NCBI GenBank assembly: GCA_029856145.1
Contig: JAHQWK010000025.1
Span: 1 to 64,000 of the forward strand
Direction of reading: 5' to 3'
Length of the DNA stretch: 64,000 nucleotides
DNA from: Promethearchaeia archaeon
GTDB lineage: Archaea > Asgardarchaeota > Lokiarchaeia > Sigyniarchaeales > SOKP01
This document shows positions 30,262 to 38,169 of this stretch, in pieces. Numbering within the stretch: position 1 is the first letter of the stretch; each line of letters begins with the position of its first letter. The notes below the pieces were generated by a model that saw nothing but the letters and a program-made list of their open reading frames with translations, made no database searches and was not told the DNA's origin. Both the position numbers and the translations under genes were made by a program.

Positions 30262-30553
30262 AGGAGAAATCTCTGTCTCATACAAATTGCGTTTTGCAGA
30301 TATTGATGAATTTGTCGAGGAATACGTGGAAAATATTGAAGTAGCAACGCTTTTAGGTAATGGGAATGCAAAGATTAGCAAATTAGATGAAAAAGTAGAG
30401 AAGTTAGAACAGCAAAACGATGCACTAAACAAGGTTCTTGAAGAATTTATTGAAGATAAAAAGAAAATGGAAAAGCAATTGAGCAAAGAAATTAAGAAAA
30501 ACACAGAATTGATTACTAAACTTGCTGAAAAAATCAAAAATCAAGATAAATAA
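30260..30553 (+). pseudogene. 5'-truncated ORF with coiled-coil tail; possible C-terminal remnant of a tyrosine recombinase
   Basis: The frame reads KGEISVSYKLRFADIDEFVEEY.. starting at the arcC-stub junction, followed by a coiled coil; the recombinase identity is tentative. Confidence 0.35.
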
Positions 30554-30662
30554 AAATTTTTTAAACTCCTTTTTTTTCAAATCTAATCAAAGAGATTTAT
30601 AAATCTTGGTATTAAATTAAAACATGAACTATTTTAACAATAAAAATGTGATTGATTAAAAA

Positions 30663-32183
30663 ATGGTTAAAAAAAAAATAATTTTATTTTTATTAGTACC
30701 CCTCATAATTGTAAGTTCTATTGTTGCTGTTTTTTTATTTTTCCCAAAAGGAACTTCAGATAATCCAATTGAGTACAATTTTAGAACAAAATGGGACACG
30801 TCACGAATAAGTTTGGGTTCGAGTACTCCCAATCAAATCAAATTACCATTGGAATCAGGAGGAACCTATGATTTTACGGTCAATTGGGGTGATGAAACTA
30901 ACGACACGATAACGAGCTGGAACCAAGCAGAAAAAACGCATACATATTCTTCAGAAGGTGTTTACACGATTAGAATAAACGGAACAATTACTGGTTGGAG
31001 TTTTAATAATGGTGGAGATAGATTAAAACTACTTGAAATTCAAGAATGGCATGTTTTACGACTTGGAAATGCAGGATCCTATTTTTATGGATGTTCTAAT
31101 CTGAAGATTACAGCCAGTGATGTTTTAAATTTAACAGGAACATCTAATTTTTATAGTGCTTTTAGAGGTTGCAGTTCTATTAATAAAGTAAAAAGAATGA
31201 ATGAATGGGACACATCAAAGGTTATAAATATGAGCTACATGTTCTATAGTGCTAATCACTTCATCCAAGATATTGGCAACTGGAATGTTTCAAGCGTTAC
31301 AGACATGAGCTCTATGTTCCGAAATATTTTTTACTTCAACCAAGACATTAGTTCCTGGAATGTTTCAAGGGTTACAAATATGCAATATATGTTCTATGAG
31401 GTTTTTTCCTTTAACCAAGACATTGGCAACTGGAATGTTTCTAGGGTTACAAATATGCAGTTCATGTTCAGGGATGCTACTTCCTTCAACCAAGACATTG
31501 GTTCCTGGAATGTTTCTAGGGTTACAAATATGCAGTACATGTTCGCTAGTGCTACTTCCTTCAACCAAGACATTGGTTCCTGGAATGTTTCAAGCGTTAC
31601 AAATATGCAGTCAATGTTCGCTAGTGCTACTTCCTTCAACCAAGACATTGGTTCCTGGAATGTTTCAAGCGTTACAAATATGCAGTACATGTTCGCTAGT
31701 GCTACTTCCTTCAACCAAGACATTGGTTCCTGGAATGTTTCTAGGGTTACAAATATGCAGTACATGTTCGCTGCTACTTCCTTCAACCAAGACATTGGTT
31801 CCTGGAATGTTTCTAGGGTTACAAATATGCAGTTAATGTTCGCTAGTGCTATTTTCTTCAACCAAGACATTGGTTCCTGGAATGTTTCAAGCGTTACAAA
31901 TATGCAGTTAATGTTCGCTAGTGCTACTTCCTTCAACCAAGACATTGGTTCCTGGAATGTTTCAAGCGTTACAGAAATGGATTCAATGTTCCAAGGTGTA
32001 ACATTATCGACACTTAATTATGATAATTTATTGATTGGATGGTCGGCGTTAACCTTGCAAAATGGAGTCTCATTTAATGGAGGTAATTCTCAATATAGTA
32101 AGAGTCCAAGTCTCGCTGCTACAGCAAGAGCGAATATTATTAGTAGTTTTAATTGGTCGATTATAGATGGTGGACCGGTCTAG
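30663..32183 (+). CDS. Membrane-anchored surface protein with PKD-like domain and DUF285/BspA-type repeats
   Basis: N-terminal TM helix, [16 protein letters not shown], [16 protein letters not shown].xMF repeats, [10 protein letters not shown] and IIDGG ending. Confidence 0.92.
   Translation: MVKKKIILFLLVPLIIVSSIVAVFLFFPKGTSDNPIEYNFRTKWDTSRISLGSSTPNQIKLPLESGGTYDFTVNWGDETNDTITSWNQAEKTHTYSSEGVYTIRINGTITGWSFNNGGDRLKLLEIQEWHVLRLGNAGSYFYGCSNLKITASDVLNLTGTSNFYSAFRGCSSINKVKRMNEWDTSKVINMSYMFYSANHFIQDIGNWNVSSVTDMSSMFRNIFYFNQDISSWNVSRVTNMQYMFYEVFSFNQDIGNWNVSRVTNMQFMFRDATSFNQDIGSWNVSRVTNMQYMFASATSFNQDIGSWNVSSVTNMQSMFASATSFNQDIGSWNVSSVTNMQYMFASATSFNQDIGSWNVSRVTNMQYMFAATSFNQDIGSWNVSRVTNMQLMFASAIFFNQDIGSWNVSSVTNMQLMFASATSFNQDIGSWNVSSVTEMDSMFQGVTLSTLNYDNLLIGWSALTLQNGVSFNGGNSQYSKSPSLAATARANIISSFNWSIIDGGPV
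31260..31992 (+). repeat. Ten tandem coding repeats of 75 bp (one of 72 bp)
   Basis: Units start at 31260, 31335, 31410, 31485, 31560, 31635, 31710, 31782, 31857 and 31932 and are near-identical in DNA. Confidence 0.95.
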
Positions 32184-32321
32184 AAAAACTAAAACATTTT
32201 TCTTTTAATAATCCAACCACATTTTTCGAATATTTTTGATTAAATTAGTGTTATGATTAAAAAAAAAGCTTAATCCTCCCTACGTTTTCCATTGCAACCA
32301 GCTTTATCAATAGTGATTAAA

Positions 32322-33086
32322 TTACACAATTTTTATATATTTAATTAATCTTAAATTACATAAAATTAGGTTGGAATTATCATCTAAATATAATTTTTCT
32401 AGATCTCTAAATTGTGAAATTAACGATGGGAATTCTTTTAAGTTATTAAATCTTAAATCAAGTCCTGATAATGTTTTCTTTTTAAAAACTAATGAATACT
32501 GAGGTGATAACGGTTGATCAAAAAATCTACTTCCTTCCACGATTCTTGGTTCTCTATTAATAAGTTTTCCTATTCCTTTTAGAGCGTCAATTTCATTCAT
32601 ACTTAGAAATGAATCTAATAATTCTTCTTTTAAATATTCTTTTATATACCCTTCACTTATTAGATACTTAATAACAGATGGATGTCCACTTTCAAACCGT
32701 TTTATTATTTCCTCTTTTAGAGTAATTTCAGCATAGGAATCTCCTAATTCCACTAATTTTTTAAGTAATGGAAAAGCAATTGTTCTATGAAGCAATCGAG
32801 TATCGTAATCATTCTCTGCCCATGCTTGCAAGTTGGAGCAGTGAGCCCAGAATTCTTGGTCTGGAGTAATATTAAATGATGATAGTGAACTCTCTTTAAG
32901 TGAAATATCTAAGATTTCTTCTGCTTCATCTATCGAATTTAAACTCTTGATATAACCAAGGTTTTCTTTGGGGATATGTATTAATAAATATTTGCATTGT
33001 CGGAATAATTCATTATTAACATAAATATTTGTCTTTCCATCTTCCAACCTTAATTTGATATACTTATTAAGTATAAACTCTCGCAT
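32322..33086 (-). CDS. Lokiarchaeal 'FWxHCSNLQAW' domain plus LRR protein, apparently C-terminally truncated
   Basis: EFILNKYIKLRLEDGKTNIYV..FRQCKYLL, EFWAHCSNLQAWAENDYDTRLLH..IAFPLLKKL; the LRR array stops after about 2 units and runs into AT-rich sequence. Confidence 0.75.
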   Translation of the reverse strand: MREFILNKYIKLRLEDGKTNIYVNNELFRQCKYLLIHIPKENLGYIKSLNSIDEAEEILDISLKESSLSSFNITPDQEFWAHCSNLQAWAENDYDTRLLHRTIAFPLLKKLVELGDSYAEITLKEEIIKRFESGHPSVIKYLISEGYIKEYLKEELLDSFLSMNEIDALKGIGKLINREPRIVEGSRFFDQPLSPQYSLVFKKKTLSGLDLRFNNLKEFPSLISQFRDLEKLYLDDNSNLILCNLRLIKYIKIV

Positions 33087-33210
33087 AAATCAAGTAAAGA
33101 TTTTAAGATTTGAATCTAATCATGAAAATAATCGTTAATAAAATTTTTAAATGTTTACTGTCTAAAAGATTTATTAAATTATAAAATTTATATCTTGAGA
33201 CACAATCTTT

Positions 33211-34128
33211 ATGAAGACTCTAATTATAGCTCTTGGTGGGAATGCCCTTATCAGACCAGGTGAAGAGGGAACTGTCAAGCAAATGCTGAATAATCTAAGA
33301 GCTCCAATTGGGCAGATTGCGGAGCTCTCTCGAGATTATCAGATCATCATCACACATGGTAATGGGCCCATGGTGGGCTCACTCCTCCTACAACAAGAAG
33401 CCGCTCTCCATGTTATTAAGATGCCTTTACAAATATTAGTAGCAGAAACTCAAGGCCAGATTGGTTTCATGATTGAGAGTACATTGGATGAAGAGCTTAT
33501 GAAAATAGAACTCGATGAAGAAAAGCTTTTCATCACAGTTTTAACTTATGTAAAAGTTGATTCTAAAGATCCTGCTTTTAAGAATCCTACTAAACCAATT
33601 GGTCCTGCGTACCCTGTTCGTACAAAACAAGGTCAAGTGAAGACAGCTAAAGGATGGCGTCAGGTTGTTCCTTCCCCTAAACCAATAAAAATTTATCAAT
33701 GGCGTGAAATAAAGAAGTTAATGGAATTAGGAAGTTGGATTGTAATAGCGTGTGGTGGAGGAGGTATACCTGTAATAAAAGAAGCAAAAAGGTTGTATGG
33801 TGTCGAAGCAGTAATAGATAAAGACCTTGCTAGTTCAAAATTAGCTGAACAAGTAGGCGCAGAGATTCTTCTTATTGCTACTGATGTTGAGAAAGTTGCT
33901 CTTAATTATGGAACTCCTAATCAGAAAGATCTAGAAAAACTGTCTGTATCTGAAGCTAAAAAATATTTGGAAGAAAATCAATTCCCTGCTGGAAGTATGG
34001 GCCCAAAAATTCAAGCAGTAATTAATTTTATGGAAGCAGGGGGAGAAAAAGCAATTATTACTTCAATAGATAAAATTAAAGATGCTTTAGAAGGAAAAGC
34101 TGGAACTCATATTCTTTTAGATAATTAA
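33211..34128 (+). CDS. arcC: Carbamate kinase
   Basis: ALGGNA, THGNGP.VG, DPAFKNPTKPIG, VVPSPKP, GGGGIPV, VIDKD, GSMGPK. Confidence 0.95.
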   Translation: MKTLIIALGGNALIRPGEEGTVKQMLNNLRAPIGQIAELSRDYQIIITHGNGPMVGSLLLQQEAALHVIKMPLQILVAETQGQIGFMIESTLDEELMKIELDEEKLFITVLTYVKVDSKDPAFKNPTKPIGPAYPVRTKQGQVKTAKGWRQVVPSPKPIKIYQWREIKKLMELGSWIVIACGGGGIPVIKEAKRLYGVEAVIDKDLASSKLAEQVGAEILLIATDVEKVALNYGTPNQKDLEKLSVSEAKKYLEENQFPAGSMGPKIQAVINFMEAGGEKAIITSIDKIKDALEGKAGTHILLDN

Positions 34129-34131
34129 TTT

Positions 34132-35394
34132 TTATTGCTTTACAAATACTTTTTCAATAATACCAATTGCCCAATCAATATCATCTTTTGTAATAACCAG
34201 GGGAGGGGCAAATCGAATTGTTGTTGAATGTGTATCTTTTGCTAAAATTCCATTATCCTTAAGTTCTTCGACAATTTGTCTAGCATCTTCGGTAAATTCA
34301 ACAGCGATTAATAAACCTTTTCCTCTTATTTCTTTAATTGGAATTTTAGTTTGTTTTTCAGCAACTTCTTTTAATCTTTTTATAAAATAAGCCCCCATTT
34401 CTTTAGCTCGTTCAGCAAGATTCTCGCGTAAGTGGATATCTATTGATTTCATTCCAATAGCGGCAGCTAAAGGATTTCCACCAAAGGTGCTACCATGAGT
34501 ACCTGGAGTTATAACATCTGGACCGATAATTTCTTTTGTACTAACACACGCAGACACAGGATATACCCCACCTCCTAGAGCTTTTCCTAGCAATAACATG
34601 TCTGGTTTCACATCTTCATGATCACAAGCAAAAAATTCTCCAGTTCTGCCAAATCCGGTTTGAATTTCATCTAAAACCATCAATACATTGTATTTTGTAC
34701 AAATTTCTCTTACCTTTCTTAGATATCCTTCTGGAGGAATTTTTACGCCAGCTTCTCCTTGAATTGGTTCAACTAAAAAAGCAGCTACTTTTTCAGGTCC
34801 CGTTTCTAATATTATATTTTCTAATTCTTCAGCATCTCCATAAGGTATAATAATAAAACCCGGTGTATAAGGCCCAAAATTACCATAGTAACGTGATGCA
34901 GAAATATCAGAACTAAAACCTACAATTGTAATAGTTCTCCCATGAAAGTTATCTCTACAGACAATTATTTTGGCTTCATTTTTAGGGATTTTTTTCTTTA
35001 TATACCCCCACGCTCTTGCCACTTTCAAACCGGTTGAGACCGCTTCTGTTCCAGTATTCATAGGAAGAGACATTATCCCCGAATTTGTAGGATCATTAAT
35101 GTGTGGTCCAATAACATCGGCTAACATCTTTAAAAATGGCCCCATCATGTTATTATGAAACGCACGAGAAGTTAATGTAACTATACTTGCTTGCTCCTTT
35201 AGAGTTGCTACAATTTCTGGATGACAGTGACCCGCATTATGACTTGAATATGCTGATAAACAATCCAAATACTTTTTACCTTCTGGATCGTAAACCCAAA
35301 CTCCTTCAGCTCTAGAAATTACCACTGGAATCGGGTGGTAATTATGAGCCGCATATTTGTTATCCATTTCAATGAATTCTTTTGAAGTTGGCAT
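34132..35394 (-). CDS. rocD: Ornithine--oxo-acid aminotransferase
   Basis: AHNYHPIP, LSAYS..NAGHCHP, LTSRAF, PMNTG.EA, FHGRT, EPIQGEAG, DEIQTG, GKALGGG, HGSTFGGNP. Confidence 0.92.
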   Translation of the reverse strand: MPTSKEFIEMDNKYAAHNYHPIPVVISRAEGVWVYDPEGKKYLDCLSAYSSHNAGHCHPEIVATLKEQASIVTLTSRAFHNNMMGPFLKMLADVIGPHINDPTNSGIMSLPMNTGTEAVSTGLKVARAWGYIKKKIPKNEAKIIVCRDNFHGRTITIVGFSSDISASRYYGNFGPYTPGFIIIPYGDAEELENIILETGPEKVAAFLVEPIQGEAGVKIPPEGYLRKVREICTKYNVLMVLDEIQTGFGRTGEFFACDHEDVKPDMLLLGKALGGGVYPVSACVSTKEIIGPDVITPGTHGSTFGGNPLAAAIGMKSIDIHLRENLAERAKEMGAYFIKRLKEVAEKQTKIPIKEIRGKGLLIAVEFTEDARQIVEELKDNGILAKDTHSTTIRFAPPLVITKDDIDWAIGIIEKVFVKQ

Positions 35395-35744
35395 ATAATT
35401 TCACATTTCTTTCTTTACTTTAATTACTACTTAATTATATGAACATATTAATTAAAAGTTTAGAGGTTCTCTTTCTAAATTTGGGAAGAAAATGGGAAAT
35501 CTACCATTAACCTAGCATTCAAAGAAAATTAACAAGGACTAAAAATTTTGGGGCAGTAGTACTAAGTTCTTTCATTATAATACAAATATTTTTTTCAGCG
35601 GTTATTTTCAATGCATTAGGACTTGGTTCTGCCATATTTTCATTTGTTAAACTATAATTAGATAATCAAATTTAAAATAGATTGCTTTCTATGATACATA
35701 TTCATTAAAAGTAAATTGCTTATTCAAAAACACTAACTGAAATT

Positions 35745-37064
35745 ATGAAAAACAAAATGATTATTAACATAATTTTGGCAAATTTACTTTGGGGTTTTAT
35801 TCCCGTTATTGTAGAAGATTTATTTTTGGAAGTATCAATAATTATGGTAATTTTTTTAAGGTTTTTGATTTCTGGATTTGTATTGTTAATTATAGCTGTC
35901 ATTCTTGTATTAATTAATAATAGATTAACTCATAATGAATCCATATCACTTAGATTTCTATTTAAAAATCTATTACATAAAAATAGGAGATTTTTCAATA
36001 TGAAAAATATCTCATATTACCTATATTTGGGTTTTTTTGGTATAATACTTAATATTATTTTTTTCTTTTTAACGTTAAAAACTACATCAATAACATTTAC
36101 AATGGTTGGGTTTCTTTTAAGTGTAATTTTTATTGCTTTTTATGAAAAGGGTGTGAATTTTGAGAAATTTGATATTTTTAAGGTACTTTATATTATACTT
36201 TTATTTTTTACAATCATAATTTTGATATTTGTAGGAAGTACAGGAGCAGCATTAGAGGGTAGACCTGTAATGCTAAATGGGATAATCTATTTGTTAATTT
36301 TTAGCATAGCAATTTCATTTCTGTATATAGTTATCAACAGAGATGCATATTCATCTGAAGAAATGAAAATTGTTAACCAAAATAGGAATTATAAAATACC
36401 TCGATTTCTCATTAAAATGTCATTTTCTTTTTTAATAGGGATAGTTTGTATGATTCCACTTATCTTAATCATTTACATCTTACCAGTGGAAACTGATTTA
36501 ACCTATGAGATATCAACTTTTTTTGCTCAGTTTAGTAGTATTTTTTTGATTTTAGGGAGATGGGAGATGATTTTTTTAATGATTTTTTCAACAATTATCC
36601 CATATCTCTTAATTTTTATAGCAAATGTTAATTGGAAATCCGAGAATTTAACTTATAGTCAATGGAGTAGTATTTTAAATTTAATCGATCCTATGGGTTC
36701 GATTATTTTTTCAGTGATTTTTGTAAATGAGTATTTTCCTTACGAATTATTAATTATTATTATCTTTTTACTAGTCTTTACCTTCGTGATTCGATATTCT
36801 CATGAAGTAAAGAATTTAGTTCATGCAGTCCTTCTATTAAAATTGAAAAAAGGTTCAATTAATAGAATTTCTTTACGTATTTTTAAATATCATGGGATAA
36901 CTTCTACATATGCGTTAGTTGGAACTCATGATTTGTTGTTAAATGTAAAAATAAGTTCTATAAAAGATTTTTATAATCTCATAAATATAAGATTAAAACC
37001 TTTAAATGAAATTGAAGATATTGAAATTTTATTTATTAATAAAATTGTTAAAACACCAATTTAA
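35745..37064 (+). CDS. EamA/DMT-like membrane transporter with a C-terminal Lrp/AsnC ligand-binding (RAM) domain
   Basis: LLWGFIP...FLRFLIS EamA start, about 10 TM helices, tail TYALVGTHDLLLNVKI..IKDF. Confidence 0.7.
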   Translation: MKNKMIINIILANLLWGFIPVIVEDLFLEVSIIMVIFLRFLISGFVLLIIAVILVLINNRLTHNESISLRFLFKNLLHKNRRFFNMKNISYYLYLGFFGIILNIIFFFLTLKTTSITFTMVGFLLSVIFIAFYEKGVNFEKFDIFKVLYIILLFFTIIILIFVGSTGAALEGRPVMLNGIIYLLIFSIAISFLYIVINRDAYSSEEMKIVNQNRNYKIPRFLIKMSFSFLIGIVCMIPLILIIYILPVETDLTYEISTFFAQFSSIFLILGRWEMIFLMIFSTIIPYLLIFIANVNWKSENLTYSQWSSILNLIDPMGSIIFSVIFVNEYFPYELLIIIIFLLVFTFVIRYSHEVKNLVHAVLLLKLKKGSINRISLRIFKYHGITSTYALVGTHDLLLNVKISSIKDFYNLINIRLKPLNEIEDIEILFINKIVKTPI

Positions 37065-37086
37065 TAAATGGGAGATGGTATAATAT

Positions 37087-37332
37087 ATGACAATCAAAGC
37101 AGTTATTTTATGTAAATTAGGGATTAGTGTAATAAAACCTGTAATTGAAGAATTGAAAAAAATTCCCCAAATAACAAAAGTGATGTCTTTAACAGGGGTT
37201 TATGATGCTTTAGCGGAAGTTATAGTAGAAACACCTGAGGAATTATATGAAATATTTGCAAATAAAATAGATATGATTGATGGAATCACAGCGTCTAATA
37301 CTCATATGGTAATGAAAGAATTTACTAAATAA
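37087..37332 (+). CDS. Stand-alone Lrp/AsnC ligand-binding domain protein
   Basis: LTGVYDALAEV...EELYE....IDMIDGITASNT; no HTH. Confidence 0.85.
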   Translation: MTIKAVILCKLGISVIKPVIEELKKIPQITKVMSLTGVYDALAEVIVETPEELYEIFANKIDMIDGITASNTHMVMKEFTK

Positions 37333-37379
37333 TTTTTAATTAAGCAATATCTTTAATATATCTCTGAAAAATTGATTAA

Positions 37380-38168
37380 TTATACAAGCTTTCTGTTTAC
37401 GATTTCCCTTATAAAAAAGGAGGCTACAATTTCAGCATAGGTACCAGGCCCAAATCCGGCATCAAATCCTAATTCTTTCGCCAATTCATTACTTATTCTA
37501 GCACCACCACAAATTAAAATAACTCGATCTCTAATTCCTTCAGCTTCCAATAGGTCAACTAATTCTGTTAAGTTTTTCACATGAATGTCTTTCTGAGTGA
37601 CTGTCTGTGAAACAAGTAGAATATCAGCTTTAAGTTCTATTGCCTTTTTAACAAATTCTTCATTAGAAACTTGGCTACCTAAGTTATATGCGTTTATCAT
37701 TTCATATTGTTCAAGGCCATAATGGCCAGCAAAGCCTTTCATATTTATAATTGCATCAATGCCAACTGTATGTGCATCTGTTCCTGTAGATGCTCCAAGT
37801 ATGACTATCTTACGCCTTATCTTTTCTTTTATATAATCATTTATTTCTTCTTTAGACATAACATCTATTTCTACAGTTTCTACTTGAATTTCAGTATAAT
37901 TAATTGTGTGAATCAGTTGTCCATAGAGTACAAAAAAAGTGAATCCTTTATCTAATCCAGTATGATAAGCAACCTCTGGGTCCTTTAAACCCATTTTTTT
38001 TGCAAGTTCTTTAGCAGCTTCAATTGCTTTTTCATCATGCTCTACCGGAAGTGTAAAACTCAATTGTACCTTCCCATCATTCATTGTATCTCCATATGGT
38101 TTAATCCTTGTTAAATCAAGTGTTTTATCAAAATCCTCTTTTGTAGTAGAATATAATCCTCCTCCCAT
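37380..38168 (-). CDS. kamE: Lysine 5,6-aminomutase beta subunit (B12-binding)
   Basis: KPYGDTMNDGKVQLSFTLP, GTDAHTVGIDAI.NMKG, VSQTVTQ, DAGFGPG. Confidence 0.95.
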   Translation of the reverse strand: MGGGLYSTTKEDFDKTLDLTRIKPYGDTMNDGKVQLSFTLPVEHDEKAIEAAKELAKKMGLKDPEVAYHTGLDKGFTFFVLYGQLIHTINYTEIQVETVEIDVMSKEEINDYIKEKIRRKIVILGASTGTDAHTVGIDAIINMKGFAGHYGLEQYEMINAYNLGSQVSNEEFVKKAIELKADILLVSQTVTQKDIHVKNLTELVDLLEAEGIRDRVILICGGARISNELAKELGFDAGFGPGTYAEIVASFFIREIVNRKLV

Positions 38169-38169
38169 T

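Noticed and set aside
31360-31945. Alternative-frame ORFs 31360-31836, 31365-31568 and 31394-31945
   Set aside because: Shadows created by the stop-free repeat unit of the DUF285 gene.
31260-31992. Tandem repeats as a CRISPR array or DGR template/variable region
   Set aside because: They are in-frame 75-bp coding units with no unique spacers, no cas or reverse transcriptase gene, and no adenine-specific mismatch pattern.
35518-35660. Minus-strand 38-codon ORF MAEPSPNALKITAEKNICIIM.., faintly DRTGG-like
   Set aside because: Too short and weak to call as a gene or remnant.
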